The notes under the pieces are model-generated. The model had not been told where the DNA came from. It saw nothing but the letters and a program-made list of their open reading frames with translations, and made no database searches. From positions 43,586,001 to 43,650,000 of the forward strand of contig OX597835.1 of NCBI GenBank assembly GCA_951406725.2: a stretch of DNA of 64,000 bases. Reading direction: 5' to 3'. Each line of letters begins with the position of its first letter. The stretch's first letter is position 1. The position numbers and the translations under genes are program-made. The stretch comes from Octopus vulgaris. Taxonomy: Eukaryota. Positions 35,130 through 48,167 of the stretch are shown here, piece by piece.

Positions 35130-35246
35130 ATATTAAGCAACACTAATAATAAATTTTTAAAAAAACACAAAAATTAACAAGCTTTTGACAGTTTTATAGA
35201 TATTTCAAAATTATGATGCTAGGTGTTTCCATTATTTTGTCCAACC

Positions 35247-35250
<4 letters not shown>
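35130..35250 (-). mobile_element. Solo terminal fragment of the same Tc1 family
   Basis: Near-identical to 37326-37443, ending tccaacccctg next to (TG)n. Confidence 0.75.
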
Positions 35251-35313
<63 letters not shown>

Positions 35314-35398
35314 GAAGTTAATCCAAACATGAAAGCACAAAAAAACGCGAGGACGTGGAACAAATATAGTATTATTGGACGCTCAGGAAAGAAGGAGG

Positions 35399-35433
35399 GT
35401 TTAACGTTTCGAGCGGAGCTCTTTGTCAGAAAC
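35399..35433 (-). ncRNA. Minimal type I hammerhead motif with G8A change
   Basis: Minus strand: GTTT-CTGACAA-A-GAGC-TCC-GCTC-GAA-ACGT-T-AAAC. Confidence 0.6.
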
Positions 35434-36228
35434 ATAGGAATATATATACATATAACCCATGGCAACATGGGAAGTGGATGTTATCATGATTGACTCTAGT
35501 ACTTGACTGGTACTTGGCTATTAAAGGTGATCTTGGCAGGATTTGAACTCAGAATGAAAAGAGCCACCACACAGTGTCTTATTCACCTCACTAACAATTT
35601 TAGCCAAATAATAATAATAATTATAAGTTTGCATGCAAAATTTAGAAAGACATTGCAAGGTAGGTATGAGATGCTAGATATGGCTAGTTTGAACATGAAA
35701 CTAGTAGAGTATGTGGGGTGGATATGGCCCTAATAGGGTTAAAGACAATATATCTCACCAAGGATTTGAACACAGAACATAGAGGAAACTAAATTGCAGG
35801 AAGTTTTTTTTCTTTTACTGCTGCAGTTGCAACCAGTTTCTCGCAATCTAAGAATACTGCAAAGTGAGAACTTATTCCTGTGAAATGACAGAACCTGCTG
35901 AAACCAACCACAGTTATCCCCTTCATCAGCATCATTTAATGCCCGTGTCTCCAGGTCAGATGGAATTTGTCGAGACGTCTTCTAATGCCAGATGCCTTTC
36001 ATGCCATTAAACCTCACGTGTTTCCAAGCAAAGAAATAATTCTCTACAGCCAGGAATACTTTTTTCACAGAAGACTAGAAACGGACAACACTGCTTGTAT
36101 GATGATGATGTTCATTTTACAGCCATCACCTGATAACACAAGGGTTTCTGCACACACCTAAGCCATAATCATTAATCCAACAAAATACATTTTGTTTCAC
36201 TTATGGCTCTGCAGGAATTTGTCACCTC

Positions 36229-37443
36229 TTGGGGTTGGACAAAATATGGGAAACACCTTGTGTTTCTCTCCAGAAACAGTTCTGCAACCCTAGGATGAAT
36301 TTGATCAGATAAAATGCTTAAATAGTCTTGGCTATTAATTCTACCATGAAGGGAAACCATTGGGCTGGTGGATTTCCAAGATATGGCCCTCTCTCTGTCT
36401 CAAACAGCATTCACCTGGGGTTGGTTGAGCTGGCTTCATTCATCTCAATGCTGCATCTCTCACAAACGCTGACCAGGCTTGGCGATTTGAGGCTAATGAC
36501 CGCGTGATCTCCACCCACTCCTTATTCCAGCAGCGAACGCCGTAGACATGGGGTTCTAGGTTGGGTTCCAGATCAGCCTTGACTGTCATCAGCCAGATTT
36601 TTCGTTGTCCACCACATCGCTTTCACCAACCCTGAAGGGGAGCTGGGGCAATTGCTTCGTAGATGAATTCTCCTGCCAACGCAGACGTCTTGTTAGGATG
36701 ACTTGTTGGAGGGAGGTGATTCTACACTGGTGTCGCACCGAATTGTTGGAGACAAAGTGATGTCATCGGACATGAAGGATGCGGCGTAGACAGAGGTGAT
36801 CAAAGGATTCTAGTCGCTTAATATCTTCCACCCTCATCGGCCAGGATTCGCTGCCGTAAAGGAGAATCATTCGCACTAGTGCTTGGTAGATCCGTACTTT
36901 GGTGGTGCGTCGGATCTCAGATCTTGACCAGAGTCGTGCACTGAGTCGGTTGAAGGCTTGACCCCTCAGATCATCACAGATCCCCCTCCATGTTTAACAG
37001 TTGGAAGATGGCAGTCTGAGTCAAATGCTTCCGTTGGCTGTCTACACATGTATACTTGGCAGATGGTTGGAAATAAGGTAAAGGATGACTCGTCTGAGAA
37101 AATAACATTCTTTCACTGCCCTAGGGACCAATTTTCCCCTCTTTCTCAAAGGCTGTCATTACTTTCGAGACAGTACTTCTTGATACACCAAACATTTCAG
37201 CTGTTTTTGTTACGCTAGCACCCGCCATATGAGCACCAACAATTTGACCTCTTTGAAAGTTCGATAGATCTGTCATTTTAATGAATTTTAATTACCTTTT
37301 TCTGATGATATTTGAAAAGAAACAACATATTAAGCAACACTAATGATAAATAAAAAAAACACAAAAATAAACAAGCTTTTGACGGTTTTATAGATATTTC
37401 AAAATTACGATGCTAGGTGTTTCCATTATTTTGTCCAACCCCT
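36229..37443 (-). mobile_element. Deleted Tc1-like transposon with a nested LINE fragment
   Basis: TIR (CA)GGGGTTGGACAAAATA..GGAAACACC at both ends; minus-strand remnants VIFSDESS, TVKHGGGSVMI*G, GAISWKS, LHGRINSQDYLSIL. Confidence 0.85.
36390..36958 (-). mobile_element. RTE-like LINE 3' fragment inserted into the Tc1 transposase
   Basis: GC-richer block splitting the Tc1 IWGAIS motif; the minus strand has decayed RT C-terminal GW.KR.GGQRK.W-like sequence. Confidence 0.55.
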
Positions 37444-37744
37444 GTGTGTGTATACGTATATATATATATATATAAATATATATATATACATGCACACATA
37501 CATACAAAGATAATGGACAATGCATACATAGAATAATCAGTTGCGTGCACATGTTTTGGTTTGTTACATAAATCCATATTAATGTAACAAACTGAAACAT
37601 GGATTTAAGTAAACCAAAACACATGTAGGCCACATGAATCGATTATTACAGAAGATATATTGATTATGTATTCTCCATTATTTTTGTATTGTTAAAATTT
37701 TTTTCTTCTATATCGAAAAGATGGTAACATTCATAGCAACAACT

Positions 37745-39095
37745 GGAATTTCAAAAAGTGTCAGGTACTAATTACCAAAGAACCAACGAGAAACACTAGT
37801 ACATTCAGGTAGATGGCCCTGCTCGATCTGTAGAAAAGGCGTAGGTAGAAACTCATTAAGATGCACCAAGTGTAAGCTATGGACACATAAGAGGTGCAGC
37901 AATGTCAAAGGAAGGCTAACTAGGAAGATGGTTTTTGTATGTGGCAGATGCTCGGGAGCAATAAACACTGAAAATGCTCAGAGAACAACTTCCGCCACAT
38001 TACAGGGAGAAAACCTAGAAGTAGTTGATAGCTTCTGTTACCTAGGTGCACTGAAAGTGTAGCTGCTAGAATAAGAATAGCCTGGGCTAAGTTCAGAGAG
38101 CTCTTACCTCTGCTGGTGACAAAAGGCCTCCCGCTCAGAGTAAAAGGCAGACTGTATGATGCATATGTACGAACAGCCATGCTACATGGTAGTGAAACAT
38201 GGGCCGTGACTGCTGAGAACATGCGTAAGCTCGCAAGAAATGAAGCCAATATGCTCCGATGGATGTGTAATGTCAGTGTTCATACTCGACAGAGTGTAAG
38301 TACCTTGAGAGAAAAGTTGGACCTAAGAAGCATTAGTTGTGGTGTGCAAGAGAGATGTTTGCGCCGGTATGGTCATGTGACAAGAATGGATGAAGATAGT
38401 TGTGTGAAAAAGTGCCACACCTTAGTGGTTGAGGGAACCTGTGGAAGAGGTAGACCCAGGAAAACCTGGGACGAAGTGGTGAAGCATGACCTTTGAACTT
38501 TAAGTCTCACCGAGGAAATGACTAGAGACCGAGACCTATGGAAGTATGTTGTGCATGAGAAGACCCGGCAGGACAAGTGAGACCATAACCCATGGCCTCT
38601 ACCTGGGATGTAGCCAGTCCACCTATGCATACCTTTCCTTCTTGGGACACAAAACTACTTGTGAAGACCTGTTGAGGCAAGCGAGAATCAGAATCGAAAT
38701 CGACCAACATCAATGGAAATTGCAGCTGTGATATCAGTGCCGGTGGCATGTAAGCGAACCATCCGAACGTGGCCATTGCCAGCGCTCCTCCGATGGGCCT
38801 CCATGCCGGTGGCACGTAAAAAGCACCATTTGATCGTGGCCGTTGCCAGCCTCGCCTGGCTCCCGTGCCGGTGGCACATAAAAAGCATCATCCGACCGTG
38901 GCTGTTTGCCTGTGCCGGTGGCACATAAAAAGTACCCACTACACTCACGGAGTGGTTGGCGTTAGGAAGGGCATCCAACCGTAGAAACATTGCCAGATCA
39001 GACTGGGCCTGGTTCAGCCTTCTGGCTTCCCAGACCCCAGTTGAACCGTCCAACCCATGCTAGCATGGAAAGCGGACGCTAAATGATGATGATAT
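37745..39095 (+). mobile_element. 5'-truncated RTE-clade LINE: RT C-terminus, 3' UTR and (GAT)n tail
   Basis: WPCSICRKGVGRNS..C..C..W.HKRC zinc-finger-like segment; KGRLYDAYVRTAMLHGSETW...YGHVTRM...GRGRPRKTW; continuous with the dispersed 3' UTR repeat family. Confidence 0.92.
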
Positions 39096-39663
39096 GCACA
39101 AGCGGAATTTTCAGTACTGTTTGGGGAGCTAAACCAAGGTGCACTTGGTTAAATATCCTTAGGAAAGAACAAACTCTTTACACACAAACTTTATATATTC
39201 TTTTAGTCTTTTACTTGTTTCAGCCATTTGACTGTGGCCATGCTGGAGCACTGCCTTTAGTCGAACAAATTGGCTCCAGGATTCATTCATTGTAAGCCTA
39301 GTACTTATTCTATTGGTCTCTTTTGCCAAACCGCTAAGTTACGGGGATATAAACACACCAACATTGGTTGTCAAATGAAGGTACACGCAAACAAAAATAT
39401 ATACGACAGGCTTCTTTCAGTTTTCGTCTAAAAAATCTACTCACAAGGCTTTGGTTGGATATATATATATATATATATTTATGTGTGTGTATGTATATAT
39501 ATATATGTGTGTGTGTATATATATATATATATCGTGATCACGTGACCGACCAGTCCATCAGATGTAGTTACACATCGCTGGTAACAATGCGCTTCACATT
39601 GTTTTAGCCTTCAAATGACGCAACCCCGCTGGCTAAGCGAGCAGGCCAATATATATATATATT

Positions 39664-39704
<41 letters not shown>

Positions 39705-40128
39705 AATTTACAGAAAACAAAAAATTAAGACAGGTGAAGGATATGGTGGAATAATAGATTCAAAGAACGATTAGCAGAGAGCTCCTAATCATGTAATCCC
39801 ATTATGTGGATGATCTCAAACATCCTTAAACAACAGTGTCTACGAACTAGAAGCTAGCACCATGGAGAGATATATAAGTGTACACATGCAACAAACAAGG
39901 AGATTCTTCTGGTTTTTGTTAAAGAAATCTACTCCCTTAAAGGTTTGTTGACCAGGGGCTGTAGCAGAAAACATTTGCCCAAAGTGCCGTGATTCACTGG
40001 AACTGAATCCAAAACCACACGGCAAAATTAATTCCATGCGAAGCAGCAGAATCTCGTGGCCTTATTATAAGACAGAAAGGCAGCGACAAGGGGTGACTTT
40101 AGGTTGCGAATATAACAGGAGAATGGAG

Positions 40129-40492
40129 GGCATAACTACACAAGTGTGCCTCTCTCCAACCGACTTTTTTTCTTCAGAATTTCCAGAAAAATGAATATTT
40201 TTAATGCAATTTTCTACAATAACTCTTCAGATGGTGCAGATTCCAATTATATTGGAATTTGTAGTGAAAAAAAAAATTCTCCGTAGGTTGGGAGTGGAGT
40301 TTCGGAAAAGTAAAACATGAGTACACACACACACGCACACATATATATACACACACACACATATATATATACACACATATATACACACACACATATATAT
40401 ATACACACACACACACATATATATACACACACATATATATATATACACACACATATATACACACACATATATATACACACACACATATATAT

Positions 40493-40523
<31 letters not shown>

Positions 40524-40644
40524 CACACACACACATATATATACACACACATATATATATATACACACACACACACATATATATATACACACACACACAT
40601 ATATATACATACACACACATATATACATACACACACATATATAT

Positions 40645-40703
<59 letters not shown>

Positions 40704-40774
40704 CACACACACACATATATACACACACACACATATATATATATACACACACACATATATACACACACACACAC

Positions 40775-40819
<45 letters not shown>

Positions 40820-41253
40820 CACACACACATATATACACACACACACACATATATATACACACACACACATATATATATACACACACACACACACATATAT
40901 ATATATACACACACACACATATATATACACACACACACACATATATATATATATATGTGTGTGTGTGCATGCTCACCATTTTTCTTCTCACAGCAATTTT
41001 AGATGTAATCGTAATTTACACACTCTGTAAAGTATCTGTAGAGAATTTCATTTAAAAACATTCATTTTGCCGAAAGTTACGAAGAAACAAAACCGCCTCC
41101 TCGTGTGAATAATAATCTCCGATCTAATCAGTGTCTACAAAATCGGAAGCGTATTTGCAGAACATTTCGTTTACAAGCAAATCCAGTTTTCTGGAAGTAT
41201 GAGGGAACAAAATCGGTGGGGTACGCTTGTGTAGTTATGCCGAAAGGAGTTAA
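40129..41253. mobile_element. Non-autonomous TIR element (TTAA end) containing a large compound microsatellite
   Basis: ggcataactacacaag / cttgtgtagttatgcc inverted ends; right end gaaaggagTTAA; subterminal ttccagaaaa / ttttctggaa. Confidence 0.65.
40322..40967. repeat. ~645 bp compound (CA)n(TA)n microsatellite
   Basis: Seen directly; source of the spurious 230-250 aa ORFs. Confidence 0.97.
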
Positions 41254-42405
41254 GTAGGAAAAGCACGGGGTCCTGTAATTAAGTCTCCCTTGAGTTCTTT
41301 ACTTTCGCAAGACTAAACAACCGTCTTATAAAATTGAATAATGAGGTCATCGATACCACATGTCTGTAGGTGGGGCGACAGACTGGGTGATCACGGATGG
41401 AAAACATTTGATTATTGGTATCTGCGATCAAAGTGGACTTTAAGCCAACAACAACTATTGCCAACGAAAGGTCTCAAGGTGGTCACCCATTCTGTTTGAA
41501 ATAGCAGCCAAATCTTTAAAAATAAAAGCGGATAAGTCTAGATATACTTGGATCAAAACAAAAATTTGGATGGTCATGGTTGGAACGATTTTGGTGAGGG
41601 TTCTGCTCGACCTGGGCTAACTTGGGGCTAAACAATAACTATCCAAGTGGGATTCTCTATGTGTTCGTTCGATTTGCGAGAAACAGCAGTCGAAATTATC
41701 TCAACTTACTGCTGCGTTAAAAAGGAAGGACACTTAGAAAACTGTAGTTCTTTATATACTACAAAACGACGAGATAGTCACGACAGGAACGCCTCGTATC
41801 ATAGTTGAGCAGAGGCCAAGACAACAGCAACGAAACACACCTCCTCCTCCTACTATTGCTCCTTCTCCTCCTCCGCCTCCCTCTTCCGTGCTATCTTTGA
41901 GAAATGGTTACGTGGCTCTTACTACAAAGCCAAGCACTTGCCGTCCATAGACATCACATACAACCCATGGCACGGTCAGTCCGAGCGGCAGACGGACATT
42001 AAAGCATGGGTCAAGAGAACATTAAACGAACAAGGCTTTGAAATAATCAGATAATTAAAAAAAAACAAAAACTGTGCCTTATGGAATCAATTAATCGATG
42101 GTGAGGGAGTTCATGGAATTTTGGCTTTCAAGGAAACCCAACACACACAGGCCTTGGGGCTTCGCAGACTTCGTTTTCCCATAAAAGCATATTTTTATAT
42201 AAATAATAAAATATCTAAGCAAAAAATGTCCAATATAAACAAACACGTGTACAGGTGGCAGCGACTTGTGATTAGGTTCAGACGGAGTCTAATTAGATAA
42301 CAATAACCGGCTGCTAATATTAAATAGAGGATGCAATGATAGGATCTTTAAGCGTGTTTGGGGCCACTTTATTATAATATCATTAAGAATTTGATAACAT
42401 TATCC

Positions 42406-42699
42406 TCTATAATAATAATAATAAGCGGCTCTTGCTGTATGCATGCATGAGACAAGTGTAACCCTACCCCCAACTTTTGTATGGATAATAACGTGTCACC
42501 TATCTATCTAGAAGGATATATATATATATATATATATATCCATATATATATATGTATGTGTGCACAGAGACAAACTTAAGGGGAAGCATTCAAAATATGC
42601 AATAGGGTTTATTTATTTGTGTGAAGCTAATATTTTACTCCGTCGCAACGGGTTCTACTTAAGAAGAGTGGTGCAGGTGCGCGCACTCGCGCTAGCTAG
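42406..42699 (+). mobile_element. Non-autonomous Helitron-like element in OSTC intron 1
   Basis: Starts TCTATAATAATAATAATAAG; GC-rich self-complementary gtgcgcgcac just before a terminal CTAG|T. Confidence 0.5.
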
Positions 42700-43049
42700 T
42701 AGTGACTAGTTGATCCTACAACGACTACCTAAGTAAATAAAACACAAAATAAACCATTTTTCTACACAAAATCAATAATTTTTTTTAAAACAAAGTAAAT
42801 AAAACACAAAGTAAATAATGTTTTTGAGACAAATTGTTAGGTTAAAGGGTTCCAAACGTGAGGTGGAACCCTTTAAACGTAACATAAGATAAAATAGAAT
42901 AAATACTAGGATTCCAGGTTTCTGTGAATGTTTGGAGGCGGACGAGAAACTGAATTGGGAGCAGCAAAAAAGGCCAAGGAAGGACCCGCAGCTCGGGCAA
43001 GAAACGAACCCATATGTGTAGAGAGTGATTTCGAAGTGATTACACCTAC

Positions 43050-43188
43050 CTCCGGTCACCATGAAATATGAGAGTAAGACTAAAGTGAACATGAACATTG
43101 CTGAGGGTTGCCTGAGCCATGCCGGTTTCTTCAGCTTGATATTCGGACAGACGAGGACCGTGTAAGGAAGCCCGTAGAAAGTCTCCAT
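43050..43188 (-). CDS. OSTC: Oligosaccharyltransferase complex subunit OSTC/DC2, exon 1
   Basis: [46 protein letters not shown]; donor G|GTAGGT. Confidence 0.95.
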
Positions 43189-43189
43189 G

Positions 43190-43290
43190 ATGTGTCAACA
43201 GCGAGGGTTGTCACGTACCGGAACACCTCACGACGTCTACCGGCGGTCGTGCTTTAATATGCAAGGGCCATAACTCTTCGTTGATTTTTT
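43190..43290 (-). promoter_or_regulatory. Putative OSTC core promoter / 5' UTR
   Basis: CpG-rich non-repetitive patch directly upstream of the ATG. Confidence 0.5.
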
Positions 43291-43478
43291 TTTTTTTTTT
43301 TTCCACTCTGGAATACATTACCGGATTAATTATTGAAATTGTTCCGGATTTCTGCATTCTCTGGTTTTCTGGAGAGACAGTCTAAATAAGGGATTCCTCA
43401 AACCGAGGAATCCATCTGCAATACTTCTACAACACAAAATACTTTTGGTTTTATACCATTCCTAATAATATTTTTTTC

Positions 43479-43894
43479 CATCTTTTCGGTTTGAACGGCA
43501 GTTTTTAACATAATTTCTAGGTAATTAAAAAATTTTAAACTTCGTATACTGGTAGAATGTGTCAAAATAAAACATTTTTTTCTCTTGGCTTTATTGACAA
43601 AATTCTATACTTTGTAAGATATTTGTTATTGTTTTTTCTTCAATTTCTGCAATTTCAACCAATCAATGACGTCTATTGAGGTAAAAACCATTCTATGCCG
43701 TATGAATATGTCCCTCGTTTAAGAAACAGATTGGGTTTATTTACATTTGTGAACAAAAAATTATACCCCCCCCCTAACAAACCCTAACCCTAAAATAGAT
43801 TGAAATGCAATAGATCGATACTAGGGTCATAATTATGGGTGACAATTTCATATGACACTGCTAGAAAAAACAGCCGGTCAAACCGAAAAGATCC
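43479..43894 (-). mobile_element. Same TIR element, copy 2, upstream of OSTC
   Basis: Colinear reverse complement of 12191-12607, including ccctaaccctaa. Confidence 0.85.
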
Positions 43895-44270
43895 TATTTT
43901 TTTCCATCTTTTACTTGTTTCGATCATTAGACTATGGCCATGCTGGAGCACAGCCCCGAAGATATTTTAGTCGAATGTATCGACCCCTAGTACTTATTCT
44001 GTCGGATTCGTTTGTCGAACCGCTAAGTTACGGGGACGTAAACACACCAGCACTGGTTGTCAAGACACATATCCACGCCTGCGCCTACAATTATAAAAAT
44101 ACAATAGGATTTTTTTAATATTCATTAAGTGGCTATGAAGGTCCAGTTAAAACTATTTTTAATTCACCACTTTGAAAAGCAGAATCTGTGTACTCAATAC
44201 AGGGTACAGTATTTTGAAGTATTCCTGGATTCCTGGAAGCTGGATAATCAACTTCTCTTGATTGATGAAG

Positions 44271-44498
44271 TTAACCCTTTTGTTACCAACCCGGCTGGAA
44301 ACGTCTCTGGCCCTGAGTACAAATATCTTCTTTTCATAAGTTCTCAATTAAAATCTTCCACCAAACCTTAGTCACAATTTATGTTCCTAACACTTGCTTA
44401 ATGATAACTAAGTTATTTTACTAAATTCTTTGTTTTATTTAAAGTAATTGAAAGAAACTCAGTGCATCTCAACAGAAATACAGTAACGAAAGGGTTAA
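44271..44498. mobile_element. TTAA MITE with piggyBac-like ends
   Basis: ttaacccttttgttacc...gtaacgaaagggttaa; same terminus as the piggyBac at 59245. Confidence 0.8.
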
Positions 44499-46074
44499 GG
44501 TTAAAATTTGAACTCCAAAGGAAAACTGATGGTTGTTTTTTGAGAAGCTGCATGAGATGAGGCTTATCTTCAGATGAACCATTCTGCTAAAATTTCAAAG
44601 AAATATTGTGTTTGGTGAAGGCAGCAAGCTGGTTGAATTTAAAGTGGTTTTTCATCCGCCTTTATGTTCTGGGTTCAAAAACCGTTGAGGTTGACTTTGC
44701 CTTTCATCCTTTTGGAGTTGATGAAATAAATACCAGTTGAGTACTGGGGTCATTGATGTAATCGACTTACTCCCACCCTCCAAATGGCTGTCCTTGTGGC
44801 AAAATTTCAAGCCATTATTATTATTATTATTCAGAAAGCTGTGCATGTCATCAAAGTGACACTGGGGTAAAATATACAGAGTTCCGTAACCCGTCTGATA
44901 AGGGGACACCGGGCACATGCATCACAACCATGAAGAATATTTATCCCAAGACAAATCAATGTACATAATAACACTTTCAATTAGTTTATGATCAGAAGCC
45001 ATGAGAGCCACTGCCTGGTACTGCATCAAGGCATTTATTATTATTATTATTATTACTATTATTAAGACGTTGAGCTGGCAGAATCGTTAGCACTCTGGGC
45101 AAACTGCTTAGCGGCATTTCGCCCATCTTTAAATTCTGGGTTCAAAAGCTGCCGAGGTTTGCTTTGCCTTCCATCATTTTGGGGTTGATGAAATAAGTAC
45201 CAGTCATGTACTGGGGATTGATGTAACCAACTTATTCCCCCCCCAGAAATTGCTGGCCTTGTGCCAAAATTTTGAAGCAACTTTTGGTTAGGTGTGCGTT
45301 CAAAAAGTTCCATGCGTTATACTTTACCTCTTATTAGCCTCAGTTAAAACTGGAGTCTCTAGGCAGTTAATAGACTTGCTAGAAATAGCAACCAAATGTC
45401 CTTAAAATCCTGTCTCACCTCTAAAAGTAATGAGGTAACCTCTATGCAGTTACTCAGTTTGCTAGAAATAACAACCAAATTTCCTGCACACCTCACTTCA
45501 CCAATGAAAGGAACGAGCCAATGAGGAGGCTACATTGCAGTCTCCTACTTAAAGAAAAAGAAATCAACTTACCCATCACCACCAATTCTTACCTGACTTG
45601 CTGTTGCATTTATTGGACCTGCTGAAAGGCAAAAAGCATAGCTGATCACCCTCAGTCACAATTAGCCACAACTAAATTTTTCTGTTTTTGGTTTAATATT
45701 TTCATATAGCTGCCTTTGTTATTTTATAATTTTCACATTACCATTTTGCTGAATCAGCCATAAATTCTTATAGGAAATATATACCCTGACCATCAGGATT
45801 TAGCCAAACCATCCAATGATGGCATAGTTGCTATTGATGAGTTTGTAATTTTCAAACGAAATCAGTCCAGTCTAGTGATCTAGCTTTGCTGTGGGATGGT
45901 CATCTCTCCTGTCAGTATATGAAAATGTGCTTTTTTTTGGTTCTAAAGGTTTTGAACTTTTATTTCTAGCAATACAGGTACCACCCTGCACCCTCAGTCA
46001 CAATTAGTGACAATGGAATTTTTCCTTTTTGGTTTCATATTGCATAAAGCTGCCTTCATTATTTTACACACACA

Positions 46075-46365
46075 CACAACAAGCTTCTTTCAGTTTCCGT
46101 CTACCAAATCCACTCACAAGGCCTTGGTCGACCTGAAGCTATAACTAAAAACACACTTGGCCGAGATGCCTCACAGTGGGACTGAACCTGGAACAATGTG
46201 GTTGGGAAGCAAACTTCTTACCAAACGGTCCCACCGGTCCCTAAATGCTGCAGAAAAGGAGATTAAGACACTTATCCAGCAGAAACATGTGTCGGACTGG
46301 AATTTAAGGCGAATAAATACTGTAATAAACAAATTTCGAAGATGTATAATTCTACATTCATTCTT

Positions 46366-46421
<56 letters not shown>

Positions 46422-46777
46422 ACCACATGGTTCCGGGTTCAGTCCCACTGCGTGGCACCTTGGGCAAGTGTCTTCTACTATAGCCTCGGGTCGACCAAAG
46501 CCTTCTGAGCAGATTTGGTAGAAGGAAACTGAAGGAAGCCCGTCGTATATATATGCATGTGTGTGTGTGTATATGTTTGTGTGTCTGTGTTTGTCCCCCC
46601 AACATCGCTTGATAACCGATGCTGGTGTGTTTACGTCCCTGTAACTTAGCGGTACGGCAAAAGAGAACGATAGAATAAGTACTAGGCTTACAAAGAATAA
46701 GTCGTGGAGTCGATTTGCTCGACTAAAGGCGGTGCTCCAGCATGGCCACAGTCAAATGACTGAAACAAGTAAAAGAA
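46075..46777. mobile_element. Divergent SINE A pair upstream of MRPS2
   Basis: 46075-46225 (-) and 46420-46777 (+). Confidence 0.85.
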
Positions 46778-46844
46778 TATATATATGTGTGTGTGTGTGT
46801 AGTAATTAGATTATATATTTTGCCCCTTTTTGTTATGTGCATGA

Positions 46845-47089
46845 TCTCCCGCCTTGTCCCTGGGAAAATTACACCGGTCCGTGGTGCAAAGACGCTTGAG
46901 GTCCGTTGGAATATAATACGAAGGGGAATTAGCTACTATTTCTAGCAGGTCGAAGATGGAGGCCTACCCTCATTGCACCGTCGCACACGTAGTGACATCG
47001 CGCGGTTTAAAGTGAAAGCGCTTGTAGCAAGGGAAGTAACTAGCTCCAACCCGGGCACCTGAAGGGGGCATGTGTTGACGAAAGGAAAC
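46845..47089 (+). promoter_or_regulatory. Putative MRPS2 promoter / 5' UTR
   Basis: CpG-rich unique patch upstream of the inferred ATG. Confidence 0.5.
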
Positions 47090-47159
47090 ATGTCTTCGCT
47101 TTTTACCAAAGTTCTTTGTCCCAAACAGGCATTTCATTATATTTCTGCCTCCTTAACAC
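47090..47159 (+). CDS. MRPS2: Mitochondrial ribosomal protein S2, putative exon 1 (transit peptide)
   Basis: aaacATG context after a CpG-rich patch; MSSLFTKVLCPKQAFHYISASLT has no acidic residues; phase 1 donor C|GTAAAT fits exon 2. Confidence 0.65.
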
Positions 47160-47829
47160 GTAAATTAATCATTTTTCTTCTCTTTCATCTGTTCTTAATG
47201 CATTCTTCAGATGTAACCATTATACATTGTTCTCTAATATTTTTTTTCATTTAAACGAATGTGTGGTGTGTGTGTTCAAATGGTTGTAATTTCCTTTAAT
47301 CCTTGAAAAAGGTCAAACATTTATTTTAATTTAGTTTTAAAAAAAAACCCCGATGATTTTGCCAAAGGGTTTTCCTTATTCTGCTACATCCTCTCGCCCT
47401 TTTCACATCACTTCTGTATTTTTAAATGAAGCAAATAATTTTATATCCAATAATCATATCGATCTCTGCACTCTGGTCGAATCAACTAAGAGTAAGATCC
47501 ATCTTCTATGTGGTCACTTGCCTTGTTAGAAATAACAGTCATATCTGCCGTTTTAAATGAAGATAAAAACAAGAGATGCAAAGGATATGTTAGATGTAGT
47601 CCTTGAGAAAATATGCCTTAAAAGAAAGAAAGGTAGACGAAAGGATTGGAGGTTCGAACCTTCTTCAAATCATGTCTTACCGTCTTAAGACACCGAAGGA
47701 CACATTAGAGTTGTCGTTCGAAGTCCCTGACACACAGAAACACAGGGAATTTGTGGTGGGAATAACACATTTCCTTTACATGTGTACATGCATCTGTATA
47801 CGTAAATGTATTGACATCTATACACACAC

Positions 47830-47860
<31 letters not shown>

Positions 47861-47997
47861 ACATTTAAATGTTGAAGTGAATCTAACGGTTTTGTGTGTT
47901 TCTTAAATGGCTTACAAACACCTTCCACGCTGCAATTGTTTTCGTTCCAGCACACGATCTCAGATCAAGTCACTCGCTATGCAAGTACATCTCCGTA

Positions 47998-48033
<36 letters not shown>

Positions 48034-48167
48034 AGGTATATGTATGTATATATATACATGCATGTATGTATAAATATATATATATGTATACATACTTATA
48101 TAGTATATGCATAATCTAGATTTACACACACACACATATGTATAAATATATATTCTATAAGCATGTA

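Noticed and set aside
40201-41030. Four 230-250 aa ORFs rich in C/V/Y/I or H/T
   Set aside because: Translations of a (CA)/(TA) microsatellite, open in several frames on both strands.
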